From Euglena gracilis (taxonomy: Eukaryota): 64,000 nt of DNA. The notes below the pieces were generated by a model, which saw only the letters and a list, made by a program, of their open reading frames with translations, did not search any database and was not told the origin of the DNA. The stretch lies in NCBI GenBank assembly GCA_039621445.1, contig CP154954.1:24316954-24380953 (forward strand). Reading direction: 5' to 3'. Position numbers and translations under genes: made by a program. Shown piece after piece: positions 1 to 13,500 of this stretch. The first letter of the stretch is position 1. Each line of letters begins with the position of its first letter.

Positions 1-790
1 CTCACCAGCGCTGCAGAAGCAACCCGTATCATTTCGACCCCCCCCCCCGAAATCATTTGTTTCTTTCGTTTTCATTTCCCTGCACCAGTGCAGTCTTTCT
101 TCAGGGACAAGTCGGATATAAATAAAATTGATTTGGACAAAAGTTGCCCAGTTATTTCTGGATCATTTTTTTGGAACACCACCAGGGTCCAGGTGATTGA
201 ACTGCCTTGTGTATTGATGTGGTGCTGGACCCCATCCTCACGAACATTGCTGGTGTTGCTGCTGGTGCGGCTGCCCATCCCATGTTGATGAGGCAGCCTT
301 TGAAAGGTTCCAAACACGCATGCTAGGCGTTATGTACCCCGTATGCTGTGGTTACACCTGCTGTCAGGGACCCCTGCAACCATCTCCACGTCCTGGGGCA
401 CCAGATCACATTCTGATTACACTATTTGGGCTTCGGGGGTCAGGTGTAGTCACCTCTATAAAAAAATGTCGGCGTGGGCATTTGCGCACACCACGGGTGA
501 ATCACGGGTTAGGTCAGGATTCAGGTTGCAATTCGGGATTTAACTTTCAATTTGCAATTTAGGGAGGCTGATTTCTGACGCAGATTTCGGCCTAAATTTA
601 ACCCGATTCTTAACCCTAATCCTAATCCTGGCCCTAAGCCCATTCCTAAAGTTAATCCACACCCAACCCTGTGGTGCAAAAAGTTACTCGCCGTTGCTCG
701 GCGGTCCAAGGAAAGATTGGGAGGGTGGCTGTGGACCCCAAGTCATTTCACTGCTGGGCCCTCCCCCTGGAGGGGGGTCAGCAGGGTCAG

Positions 791-907
791 CAGGGCAGTT
801 ACGGGAATTCCCGTAGCCCAATTGGTGGTGGGGGGGTGGGTGGGTGGGTCGACCCCCCCCCCACCTCCCGGGTCGACCCCCCCAGCAGGGCTTCCCATAC
901 AGCCCTG
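791..907. mobile_element. Degenerate family-B-like MITE
   Basis: cagggcagttacgggaa ... ttcccatacagccctg with gggtcgaccc internal motifs. No clear TSD. Confidence 0.55.
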
Positions 908-1903
908 GGGGAGGGGTCACAGACGAGGGCTGCTCAACTTTATGTCCGCCCCATTTCTCCTCCACGACCCCTTCTGCCGCAAAAAAAAGGGGATCCCGTC
1001 TCACCGGCACTGGCGCCTCGCCCCTTCCCTTCCTGGGCCTCGGCACGACAGCTCCCCTCCGCTGCATCTCCACAGTGCGGGCGGCAGGCCCCAGCCACAT
1101 GGCGGGCAAGCCTCCCCTTCATTGTGGGGCAGACCCCCCTCGTTGCGTAACCCCTCCCACATATCATCCAGGAACCCCAGCCAGAACCCAGTGGGCTGCC
1201 ACGGGGTGATGGCATATGCGAAGCACACAGCACCCGGCTCAGCTCTCACGGGGATAATCGTCTTTTTGTATTCTTCCCCCTCCCCTCCCCTGGAAGTTGT
1301 CGCCCCCAGCATCTGATCTATTTTCTGGCACAGGTTCATTGCCCCACCCACCCACCCCCAAGGGTGGGTGGGTGGGGCAATAATACACCAGAGGGGGGGC
1401 TGGGGGGGGACTTTGGGGGTCAATTTTGGTCAAATTAGGGAAAGCCCTGCCTTCAGTGGGGTAGCCCCAGGCCCGATACCCATCGGGGGGGGGGGTATCG
1501 GACCCCCCTATATCCCCGGGCCCAAACCCCCCCACCCATCCCTGGTCACCCAAAAAAGTTTAAAAAAACCACCATACAATTCTTGCTGGCCTCAAGGGGG
1601 GGAGGGTCATTTCCACTGTTCCAAAAAAAATAGTCCGTCGATTTTTTTGAAAACCATTCAGTCACTACCCCCATCCATGGGGAGAACTGGCCCAAAATCG
1701 ACCGAAAACCCTTGAAAAAAATATCCCAGCCACTGGTGCACCTTGGAGGGGGGGGGGCGTCCAGCGACACCAACCCACCCACTCCTGAAACCCCTACTCC
1801 GGGAGGGAGAGAGGTCATGCAGGTGGTAAGTGAATCTATGCCAGAAACAAACGGACTCCCCCCTTGGTCCAAAACGAACTCTGGTGAGGAAGCAGTTTGG
1901 AGT

Positions 1904-2172
1904 CAGGGGTTTTTTTAGTCGTGGACTCCCGGGGGGGGGCAGGGTGGGTGGGTCCGGCCGAGCCCCCCCCCCCCCCCCCCCCGGGGGGGGGTCCCTCAGA
2001 GGGGGGTGGGATATACTTTTCGGCGCCGAAGGCGCCGAAAAGTGCTATTTTTTTTAGCACTTTTTGCGATTTTCGGCCATTTTTTGTGGGTCCCCTGGGA
2101 CCCCCCCCCCCCCGGGGGGCCTAGGGGGGGGGTGGGTGGGGTAGACCCCCCCGGTCTTAAAAAAAACCCCTG
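1904..2172. mobile_element. hAT-like MITE, family A
   Basis: TIRs caggggttttttt / aaaaaaaacccctg. 8-bp flanks tttggagt / tttggaga. Internal ttttcggcgccgaaggcgccgaa is shared with the copy at 21978. Confidence 0.85.
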
Positions 2173-3407
2173 TTTGGAGAAAAAAGAAGTGAATTTACGT
2201 CAATTGAAAATGCTCCTTGGACGGACTTCCACCCCCACACAAACCTTTTGACTGGGACTACAATCTGTACCCACTGTATTTTTTTGAGGTAAACACTTTT
2301 TGTCTCCCCTGTAGCATTTTTCCACACTTATTACCCCAGACCATTCTTCCAGGCAGATGCCCTGCTCGAAAAAAGAACCAGAAACTATTTTCAGTCAACG
2401 TCGTTTTGTTCACCTGATAATTGTTGTTCTCATTGACATACTTTGGAGGCCGTTGCTCTGCTCTGATGAATTCCAGTTGCTCCTTACAATGGCAGCATTT
2501 TTCCCGTGCAGTGAAACCTTGAGTCCCCCCCATTGCTGCAGGGTTTGGCTCCGTTTCCTGCTGTTGCTCTCCAACCCCTCCTCCCCCCACCTCAACTTTC
2601 TTTCCCTTTCCCTCTGCCCCTGCCCCTGCCCCTGCTCCATGTTCGATTTTTTTTTGCATTTTTCACCTTCTCACCTTGCACTTATTTCGGTTTAACACTC
2701 ATTTCCCTTTTTTTTGGCCAATGTAGCCCCCACCCGCACATATCCAAAGACCCCCCATATCGAAGTGGTCTCATCTTATGGATATCGATGCGGTCTCATG
2801 AAGAGAGTGCAAAGGTCTATGGCATGCAAAATCGCTGGATATATCCATTGCCTGCTGTGTCAGGTTAAATCTGTTGAAAAGTCGAGAGGTGCTTAAATCC
2901 TAACTGCTTGGCATTGCTATTGCCTCGAAACACATTATTTCATATTCTTCATGCGAATTGCTGCCTAACTATGGGAATTTCTCATAAAAATAATTATTTT
3001 TATATATAATTAATTATAATAATTTTAATAATTAATTCATATAATTTTTCTGAGGCCAAAACAGGCCATGTGACACCTCAGACCTGACAACAATCACTCA
3101 AATACAGCACCCAAAGCCTCCTTTGCCTGTCCATAATACCTTCAGACTTAAGGGCTTTGGGCCTTGGTCTTGCATACAACGTTGCTGCAAAAGGCAGGGG
3201 TGGAGTCAGGTGTGACAGGTGATTCCGCCGGCACCTCCCACGTTGCCCCCCTGCAATCTGCCTGTGAAAGCCATTCTCCCTTCGCCCTCTCTTTGACACA
3301 TTCTGCTGCCTTTTACCTTTTGTCGGTTCCCTCTCTGCCGTTTCACTTCCTACCACTCCCCTTCGGGTTCAATAGCAAGAGGCCTGGGTCCCAGCTCCTG
3401 TGTACAA

Positions 3408-3409
<2 letters not shown>

Positions 3410-3458
<49 letters not shown>
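3410..3458. repeat. (TG)n microsatellite
   Basis: Perfect TG run. Confidence 0.95.
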
Positions 3459-3460
<2 letters not shown>

Positions 3461-5544
3461 GCTTTGATGATTTTCATTTGGCACATTTTTTTTTCCAGTT
3501 TCAACCAATTCAATCAGTTCATGTGGCTGAGATGGATGAGATATTGAATCCATTGCCAGCTGCACCATGGTTATCGCCAGAGAGGAAAGGTTAACTCTCA
3601 CAGTCGCTAGTAGGGTTTGATCCCCTCCAGGTTCCTAGGCTGTCCGACTTACCCTTGCGTTGATGGTTCCCAAGCGCACCCAGGCTCGCCAAAATGTACC
3701 AGGGTGAGATTTCACATTTTTCTCTCAACTTAAGGTTCTGGGCGGTCGGCAAACAAAGTATGAATGAGTGGAATGGACATTTCTCCCGGATTGGAGCCCT
3801 TGCAGCTTCCCGCAAGCGCGGAGGTCAAAAAATAGGTCCAAAAACAATTTTTGGCAATGAAGAAAAATTGTCTCAAAAATAATGATTTTAACAGATGCAA
3901 AATGGGCAAAATTAAAGACGTCCAAAAAAAAACACATTTTGGGGATTTTTCGCAGTTCTAGGGCGTCTATCTATCTTTTGTATTATTCCCAAAAATCCCG
4001 GTTGGCCTTGTTTTGGGGGAGGTTTAATTTTAGATTTTTTTTTGCTGAAAACCAGCATGAGGGGTCTCATTTGGGGGGGTTCTTTTGGGGGGTTTCTTTT
4101 CCGTTGGAAATTTTCAAAAAAAATCCAAAAGTGAAGCCCCCCAAAATGAGACCCCCCCTTGGGATTTTCAGCAACAAACTCCAAAAAAAAAACGACCCAG
4201 GGTTTTATTTTTCGTGGGGCTCACATGCACCAGGGCGGCCCTTAAGGGACGGGAAAGTTTTTTTTAAATTTATCTTCGCCGAGGACCAGATTGGGACGCG
4301 AATAAGTTCAAAATTAAAAGAAAGTAAAAAAAATACAATCAAAAAAGCCAAACCATCAAAAATAATCATTTTTTGATGATTTGGGTGGATGGGTGATCGT
4401 CAAAGGATGCAAGGAATCAATCCCCCCCCCCAATTTCGACCTGTTCTCGCCAACAAATGCCAAGTTTGTTGCCCGTGCTCCTGTGCATTTTTCATGGAAT
4501 ATGGGGCAGTGAAGTTTTTTTTTCCTTTCATTTCCTGAAGGACCACATGACACAGGCACAGGAAAGAATACCCTCAAAAATTTGCCTTCAGGCTCCTGCT
4601 CTCCCACTTGCCTTGATGAAGCCAACTGCTTGGGAAGGGGGTTGGCAACCCCCAGTGTTTTCAAAGGAAGGTAGGGGAATTCAACCAATTCAGGCATCTC
4701 GCTTCACTCTTCTCTTCAACAAAAAAAATGTTCGGCGCTTCAAGCCGAACACGGGGGAAACCTTGCTTTCTGTTTGTGTGTGAAATTTGGTGGCCTGACA
4801 ACCTGATTTTGGATTTTTTTGAACCGAGAAAGTCCCCCCCCCCCCGGCATGTTTGTCTTTTTTTTTTGGCACCAGCCTGTGACCATTCTAAGGAACTGTT
4901 TGCCAAGGACATTTGTGAACCCACACACACACGCACACGCACAAACACACACACATACCCACCCACACGAATGGAAATCCGCTACAAGGGTCGCAGGCCT
5001 TCCTCGGGGTAGCCTCCAAAATGCCCACCCCGGATGGTGGGGCAGCGCTGCCCCCCTTGGGCCCATGGAGAAGGTCCGGGCTGCGGTCCATCGAAACCTC
5101 TGGAGGCGGTCACCTTTTGTTCCTATGTTATTTGACGCACACCGTGTATCATCGGCACGTCCGATTACTGCATCTGGACAAGTGGGGAAGTATTTCAGGA
5201 TGCCCGCGCCAAGTTGGTCGTCTCTGGTCAGAAAAATCATTTTGGAGGGTTCTGGACTTTGGAGAATACCGCTGTCTATGTTATGTCCAGGTTAACACCT
5301 CCAACGTGCCATTGTCATAGTTCTTATTCGTGTGTTTCATGTGTCGTAAACCCCCCCCCCCCAAATATAAACCCCCCCCGGTTTTATATTTGGGCGGAAA
5401 TTTCAAGACCCCGAGGGGGGTTTTTACATTTGGGGGGGTTTTATATTCGGTTGGAAAAATCAACTTCCCGGTGGGCTCCAGTAGACACTTTTCTGCGGGC
5501 CGATCCGGACCCCCCCACCTGTCCTTATATCGAACCCTGGTTGA

Positions 5545-5950
5545 TGAGGGGCATCCAGAACACAGAAGGACTGCCACCAGTTTACCTGTTGAATTCGGTG
5601 GCAAATTGTCCATGAATGCCGTGCTGATGTTTAAGGCTCAATGACACCCACCCCAACAGCATAAATGATGTTGGTGTGCACAAATGTGCACATGGACGCA
5701 TCTGCACACTAAAACTATTTTAGAACCAACCAAGAGTCTCCTATGTCAGTGTGTTTGGAGCTGGAAAATGAATGTGATGAAATTGTGATATTTCCTTCCT
5801 TGTATTCCTTCGGTGCTGGACCCTTTCTTTTGAATGCTGCTGGGACTTTTTGGGCAGTCGATGTGCGAGATTGTGGACACCAACCAAAATTCGTTTTCAT
5901 TTTGAAACCTTGGCAACAAGAACTTCTGAGGCGAGGGAAGAGCCGAAACA
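5545..5950 (-). pseudogene. Possible pogo/Tigger transposase remnant
   Basis: FKMKTNFGWC...RTSTAQKVP resembles the pogo FKAS-x-GW...RT-x2-AQKLP region. The frame is broken. Confidence 0.3.
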
Positions 5951-8900
5951 AGTAGGAGAGCAGCGTGTGGAGGTGTTGTGCTCAAAGTGGTGGTATTGTA
6001 ACGTATGAAACGACGCGTGTCAGTGTATTGCATTATATGGCTCCCTGAACACAGGGATTTTCAAGTCAGAAGTCCATCCATTTTCAGCCTGAACTGTTCC
6101 TCTTTTTCGGACTAAATACTGGGAGTGAAAGGCAGCTTTAAACTCAGTTTTTTTTCCAGATAAAACCTGGAAATATTGTTTATTTTGATGTTTCAGGGGC
6201 TTAGAAATCGTTTTTCACATGCTTAGTTGTTGGTCCCCACAGGCTGGTCCTTTAGCTGTATTTAAATTCCTCCAAATATCTCGCACTCAAGGATTTCCAA
6301 ACAGCAGTACTTCCACATCCTCTAAATGGTACGTGTGTTCAGTTACAGAAGTGGTTTGTTTGCGCAGATGCGCAAACCGACCAAAAAGTCTGTTTTCGCG
6401 TTTGCACAAACCAACTACTTGCACAATTTCGCAAACAGGTCAATTGCAGCTGGCACACATGTCCTTTCACAGTCATGCGAATGGTTGGTGTGCGCATTTC
6501 GCACACGTTTTATTTGCGCATTTGCCCTTTCCATATGCTGGGTGTTGCACCATATCCGCGTCCTGTGGCACCCCATCACATCCTGCTTACATTTTTTGGG
6601 TTTGGGGGTCAGGTCCTGGGGCTTTCGACAAAGAAAGAATCCCAAAGTGGGAGATGCGCCGCCTGATGGGGGCTTCCATTCGGGGGGGGGTTAAAGCCAG
6701 TAGCCGGCGGGCGGGGGATTGGGCTAATTTCGCAAGAAAGACCCAAAAGTGCACATTTGCACGGACTTTCTAAAGTGTGTGCTGGTTTAACCTTGTGTTG
6801 GCACTGCCCCGAATTCTTTTGCGAAATTCATTTTTACAAAAAATATTTTTTTGGAAGCCTGATAATTTTCTAGCTTGCTTGATTTTGTTCTCAGGGCTGT
6901 GGCAGGAGGGGGGATATATTATTGGGCAGCCGATGTCCCCGCAAGGAGGGGGTATATTATTAGGGGTGTATTATTCAAGGGGTTAGTTAGTTCCAAGCAC
7001 TTGGTATTTTGGTGGTGTTGGTGATGTTGTCCGGAATTGTCACTGGTGGTCGCTCGGCTGGGGGGGCTTCTATTTGGGGAGGGGTGTTAAATGCCCAAAT
7101 GATACTCCCCGGGATATGTTATTTGGGGGTGTCAATTCCGGAAGCCATCGGCAAGCCCCGCAGCGAGCTCAGAGATGGTCTGGACCAGAAATTCCCCATC
7201 AGGCCCCGGAGGTCGCCGATCCCTTTTTTCTCTCTTTCAAATCGTGCCTAACAGGGGCTTCTGCCAACTTATACGCCGTCCCGTACACACCAAGGCTGGA
7301 TGGACATCCCCCCCAGCTGGGGTCGGGCGGAGTGGTGAGGAGTGGGGTGGGCAAGCACAGGAGGTTCGTCCGGGGCGGGGGAGGTTGGGCCGTGGCCGGC
7401 CGCAGCCGGCTGTAGCTTTTCCAAAACAGGTGTTTTGGTCAGGCACCACCGTGAATACCCCCCCCCCCCCGGGAGGAGTGGACATATTAGCCCCATCCTG
7501 CCCTGCGGCTGACTGACTGCCTCTCCCCCCCAGCTCCCTCGACGCCGTTGCCAATCCTCCAGAGGGCGGCGGGGTCGGTGGCAGCGGTGGCCAGCCAGGA
7601 AGAGGTTGGGATGGGCGATGCGACAGGTGGTGTGCTACTGACCTGTTATTCGTCCCACCTTTGTTGTGCATGGTCCTTGCCTCCCTTTGTTTCATTTTCA
7701 TTTTTTTTGTTCAATTTCTTGATTGATTGTGATTTTCCTGTGCAGTTTCGCATTTGCAGTTTTGTTTGTTTCTTTTTCAAGGTTTTTTTTTGCCCAAACG
7801 TGCTCTGGGAAATCATTCATTGTGCATTCTCTTGCCAAAAAACTTGCACCACTACCTTTTTCCAGAATTTGCCCTGCAATTTCCTTGTTATTTTTTTTTG
7901 AAAATGAATGGGGCAGATGCGGGGCGAATATGCAAGTGCTTGTTTCCTTTCCCGGGCAGCAGCCAGATATTGACTCCATGAGAATGGCCCTGAATGTTGA
8001 CAAGGCACAGCTGGGTGAAAAATGAAGAAGGAGCAATGAGAACGCTCAATACAGGTTCGCCCCCGCCGCCCTCCTATGTGCCAGATCGCTCCGCATCCTT
8101 GGCTGGAACGGCTGACAGCCGCAACTCCAAACCCAACTGCCTTTTTCCCCCTCGGCCCGAGTGTCTCGTGTGGTGTGAGTGCGCTTTGTCCTGACCCGGG
8201 ATTTTTTTAAATTTGGTTGAGTGGATGAGTGGTGTCGAGCCAGGCGAAGGAATTGGGCTCAATAAACCGACAGTTGCTATGGGAGTGTTTGACCAGTCCC
8301 AACCCTTCTCCCTTGTTTGTGGGTAAAATTAATCGGTCCAACCCCAAGCGCACTTGGAGATTTTTTCGTCCTGCGTCCCAAAGTGACCGACCCTTGTCCA
8401 AGGCCAACCACAGCCTAGACCCAGGCATCAACCTCATTTTTTCCGGAAGGATGGAAATGACTTGAGAGGTGAGATGAAAAAAACTTTTGGGGATTGGTCC
8501 AACCCCAGGGTTTCGATTAGGGAGGGTGTCTGGGATGGGAGACGCCCCCCGCCTCGTTTATTTGAGGGGCATCTGGATTGCCTGACCTCAAACCGCCCTA
8601 CCCCCAGCGGTGCAGGGCTGGTGGGTCGGTGCCTGGGGTTGATGTGGGGGGTGAGGGTAGTGGGATGCAATTGCCAACAGGGAAAGTTGCAAACTGGACA
8701 AATTTTGTCCGAGAAAAGAACCCCCAAGTGATACCTCCGTTGGCTGGGGTTCAGGGCGGCACCAGACCCAGCTGGTACACGACACCCAGCACTAACAGGA
8801 GTCCACAAACCCAGCCAGATTGGCTTTTTTCAGCCGGGGGGAGCGAGCAAGCACCGTTTTTCCCTGCCAGCAGCTGGCGGCCAGCTTGGCTGCTGAGGGT

Positions 8901-9802
8901 AAATGGGTCCTTTTTCCAACACGCACGGTCTTATAAAACAAATCCCTGGCCTTCCCTCCTGCCCTGTGGGTGGGCTGTGGTTTACCTCTCCTCGTGCTCA
9001 GCAGCGCTTGCGCTCTCGCGCTGAGCCGGACCGGCAGTCAGGTACCCAGGCCAGTGGTGCCCTCCCATTGCCGTAGGGACACACCGCACAGGTCTGTCCC
9101 AACCGGTGAGAGCACACCTGCCGTCCTCCTATTTCCATACCATTTGCTGCCTGTCAGAAGGCAACCGATGTGGGAGGATTGGGGGGGGGATTGAATTTCG
9201 ATCGCAGCAATCGCAAGCAACTCCATTTCCTCGCCCATCAGCGCTCAAACTGTCTGTTTCATTTCGGAAGTCGTCCGAGTGTGGGAATGGATTGCGGCAA
9301 AAAAGCAGCAACGTTTGGAACTGGGACAGTTCCAGGCACTGGGCCTTTTTTGTTTGTGCATAAAGGCCATTCATGTTGGTCTCCAGAGTTGTTGGGGACT
9401 CCATTCTCGGATGGGGACACCAGGTTGGTGCGCACATGTTTTGTTTACAGCAAGGCAGCATAACTTTATGCAGCATGGCCAAAAAGACAGCCCACAAACC
9501 ATTGTCCATTTCATGAAGGCAGTTATCCACTCTAACTTGGACAATCCATTATTTTTGGTGTGCCAAGTTCGGCAAACCCATCCAACATGGATTGTTTTCT
9601 GGTGTGGTTGTTCGGCAAACGTGTTGCTGAACGCACACACGGCCCACACAATCAACGACCAGAAATACTTTTTCAACCATCTTTTGCTACCCTTCCATCC
9701 CCAAGGTCCAGCAAGCTTCTTGGGAGTGTTTCCCCAACAAGAGAACCATCTTTCCTAGAAAGAAACCCAAAACCCTGAACTTTTCCACAATTTGCTATAC
9801 CA

Positions 9803-9860
9803 CTGTAATGTACTGTAATGTACTGTAATGTACTGTATTGTACTGTGCTGTGTAATATAC
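9803..9860. repeat. 10-bp tandem repeat (actgtaatgt)
   Basis: About 5 decaying copies. Confidence 0.85.
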
Positions 9861-10425
9861 TATTAGAAAGTAGGTTTTGTTTTGGAAAGTTCATTCTACA
9901 AATTTTGATTAGTTAGTTAAGCCTTACGCAGACACCTCCCCCGGACATGGGAAGTTGACCTTTGTCAACGAGGAAAAAATTATTGCTCGCAAAAGAATGC
10001 AGATCAATCAATTCCCCCAAAAAACTCTACGCAATATGCAACTAACTCTGACGTGCGTGCACTCATCAGCACAAAATTTCAGCTCTCAGAATTGCCCTGT
10101 GACGCTCCTGTCCTCTGGCCTTTGCTGGAAAAATTTCTAATTTCAGTGTACAATGTACTGCTGACGGGTCACAAGTAACAGCCTTGCGAGCGTGCCTTCG
10201 CTCTCCATAACCCCCCCCCCCCACATTCAAGTGCGCGGTTCCCGAATCAGCGCCACACCCCCGAGGTCATGAAAGTGAAGTCCAAACAAAGTGCGCAACC
10301 CCCGCTTTCCACTGATCCGCTTTCGGGTAGGGCCCAGATTAGTGTACGGTCCAAAACCACGTGCACTGAAATGGGGGGTTTTCCGCCAAGGTGGAGGTCC
10401 TGACACCAGCTCGGCTGTTGGCACG

Positions 10426-10460
10426 TCCCCCCCCCCCCTGCCCGGCTGTCCCGGCCGCAG
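10426..10460 (+). promoter_or_regulatory. Putative spliced-leader trans-splice acceptor of gene 1
   Basis: C-rich tract ending in CAG 8 nt before the ATG. Confidence 0.5.
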
Positions 10461-10468
10461 GCTGCGCG

Positions 10469-10572
10469 ATGGCCAAGCTCCGGCTGTGCAGCGGCTGCGG
10501 CAAGGGGCGGCCCAAGTTCCAGTGCCCGACCTGCAAGGCCGCCGGGGGCGACGAGGGCTTCTTCTGCACGCA
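10469..10572 (+). CDS. Gene 1 exon 1, first half of the zinc finger ([35 protein letters not shown])
   Basis: ATG 8 nt after a pyrimidine-rich tract ending in CAG. CxxC...CxxC...FFC pattern continues into the next exon. Confidence 0.85.
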
Positions 10573-13500
10573 GCGCGCGCCTGCGTCCGGCCGGCCCGGG
10601 CCGAGGCAACTGCGTTAGGGGTGGCCAAGGGCTCGGCTTAGGGTTAGGGATGGCTTTGCCTCATCCCTGAGATCTTGATCTTCAACGCGTATGTTTTTTT
10701 TCAATGTCAGTCACGGCTGGTTGGGCGACCCCCCCCCCACTCCCCCCTGGGAGGGGCCAGCAGGGGGTATTTTGCCAGTTGCACTATGCCTTTTTTTGCA
10801 TAATTTGCTTTTTTTGCACAATGTGAAACTGCTAAAGTCGCATTTTTTGCATTTCTTTTTGCGTATTTTGCCTTTTCTATTTGGGGGCAATCGCGCAGGC
10901 TCTACCACCAGACAACTAAAATTTGCATACTACACATTTTTGGACCAATTTTTCACTGACAGCATGGTGAGTATAAGTGCATCTCAGGAAACCAACCATG
11001 TTATTTTGCAAGTAGGCACTACATTTTATTTTGGTGTCCTATGGATATACTATGTTATATTATGCATGCTATATGCTTGCATATGCTGTGCAGCAAGTGC
11101 AAATTATAGATGCATATGCTGTGCACCCGGTTGCATAGCAAATAATGTTGGAAAAAATTCCTGGGAGGAGATGAAAATTCTAAGTCCTCTCCAGGAAGTG
11201 TACAGCAGCTCCTAAGGAACGACTACGTGCAACTTGCATTTTTCTTTTGCATTTGTTGCATTGCATATTTTGAGGTGCCTTGTTGCATGTTTTCCCCTGG
11301 AGGCCATGATACCCTGAAGCAGGGGTCCCAGGTTTGTTTTCTTTTCCCGGAGGGAACCCAAACCTGAATCTCGCCTTCCCCCCGGCTCCCCATCTACGCT
11401 TAGTCTCCATAGTCCACAGGGACGCAGGCGTGGAGGCGGCCTGTTTCAAGGAGCATTGGCCCGGCCACCGTGCCCTGCACACCTCAGCTGGGGGGCGGCC
11501 TTTGTCCGAGGGACGCGCCGGCCAGTCCGCCTTCTTCCATGTGGGAGCCGGCGGGGCCCCTGCTGATGTCCAGGCGACGCCGGCACAAACGTTGCTCAGT
11601 GTTGCCCTTTCCCCGGGGTCAGCCTGGGCAGCCCCCCACGCCGGCAGCCGCTGCCCCTGCGGACGCGGCCGCGGACGCCACACAGCGTGCGGCGGCGGCG
11701 GCGGCAGCAGCGGCGGCGAAGGAGGCGCAGCGGGCAGCGCTGCGGCAGGCGGCGGAGGCGAAGGCGCGCCAGGCGAAGCGCGCGGCGGACGCGGCGCAGC
11801 TCACCGCGGACATTACTGCGGCGCTGGCAGGTGTGTGCCATCTTTGCCCCCCCCCCCCCCGCCCGGCTCGGAACCAACTTCAATATTTGCGGTGAATGAT
11901 GGCCAGACTGAAGGCCAATCTTGTGATTGGGGGGGGGGAGTACTGGTTGTTACGTTGTGGGAAGTGCCGGTCCTGGGCAACGGCCCTCACCAAGCCTTGG
12001 GCACCAGATCACTGGGCTGCACCCAAGGTGAACAGACAAGGCCAGTGAAAACGGTCAAAGTTCGAATGCACCTGGCAGGGGGTTTGCGGATTAGACTGTC
12101 GGTTCCTCCTCGGGTGGCCCAGTGGAGGGCTACCTTCGGAGATGCCCTGGAGGATCAAGAGAGGGACATTCAGGAACGACGGAGAAGAAAGAAGAATGGT
12201 CCACCAAGCCGACACCACCAGTCCAAGCATCCACTGCCCGGGGTCTAAAAGCTGTTATGCAAAGGATAAGGATGTTCGGGGCATGGAACGATGGTTTTCC
12301 TGTTTGTTCGTGGGGACACTTCGTTTTTCTTTTGGAAATAGACCCCTCCTTCTCACCCCCCCATCCCCTGCCCACTGCCCACGTTGGACCATTGCATTTT
12401 CATTTGGCGGGTTTGGCGGTACTTCTTGTGCAACTGCAGGGTCAGATCCCCGAGCAGGGGGGGGGATTGTGCTTTTGGCTCACCGAAGGAAACGAAATGA
12501 AAAGGGTGCAAATGTTTGTAACAGCGGGGGGGGGGGGAGGGTGGCAAAATGCCCCAGAATCAAAAATAAAAATATCTCTTGAATTGCCCCATCTCCCCAC
12601 CTCCATGTCCCCCTCACCCCATGCCACTCCCCACAACCCCAAAGCAAATTGTTAATCCAATGTGGCACAAAACGACGGAAGAGGTAAATAATTTAAAATA
12701 ATGGCACAATTTGGAGGGAAAAGAGATTTCCTGTGCTTGAATCCAACAAAGAAATCTGACAGGTCAGGCAGGCACTCCCCCAGGAAAAAATGTCCATTGA
12801 GCATTTTGAAGCTTTGGAACATTTATGCACGGCCAAGGCTGCATATAGGTGGAGGTGGAAGTAGCAGTTTTTCAACTTCCTCCATCTCTATGCCACCTCG
12901 ATGTCAAAATGCCAAATGAAAATGTCTCACAAAGTTTAATTTATGACAAGAAAAGGCAAACCACATGACAATTTTCATGATCTGGTCATCCTTGCCGCAT
13001 ATCTCTGTGAAACCTTTTGAAACCACCAAACCAGTTATTTTTGCTCATTCCCAACCTGTTAATGATGTATTTTGATGGAAACTTGCTAAAAATGACGCAT
13101 CTGGTGCCTTTTACAAGCGCCTTTGATGTTTTATGGAAATAGCGGTGACATGGAGGTGGAGGTAGAGGTCGAGCTGGCTGACATAGAGGTAGAGGACTTT
13201 GACCTCTCCCTCTGCCTCTAAGCAGCCTTGGCACGGCACACATTACGTAAACCCCCCCAAAAAATAAGCCCCAGGTCTTATTTTTGGGTCCGTTGCTGGA
13301 AGCCTCCAGGGGAGTCTTATTTTTGGGGGGGTCTTATTTTTGGATTTTTTCTTGACCGACCCGGGCCCGAAAAAGCACCATTTTTCAGGTTCCCAAGAGT
13401 ACTAAAATTTTTCCTTCGGGGCTTCGCGCCATGTGCAGATTGGTGTAATTTGACATTTAGCATGTTTTTTTTGCACTTCAAAAATCTGAATTTTTTTGAG

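Noticed and set aside
10469-11480. Methionine aminopeptidase 1 call based on the zinc finger
   Set aside because: No peptidase M24 catalytic motifs appear in downstream exons.
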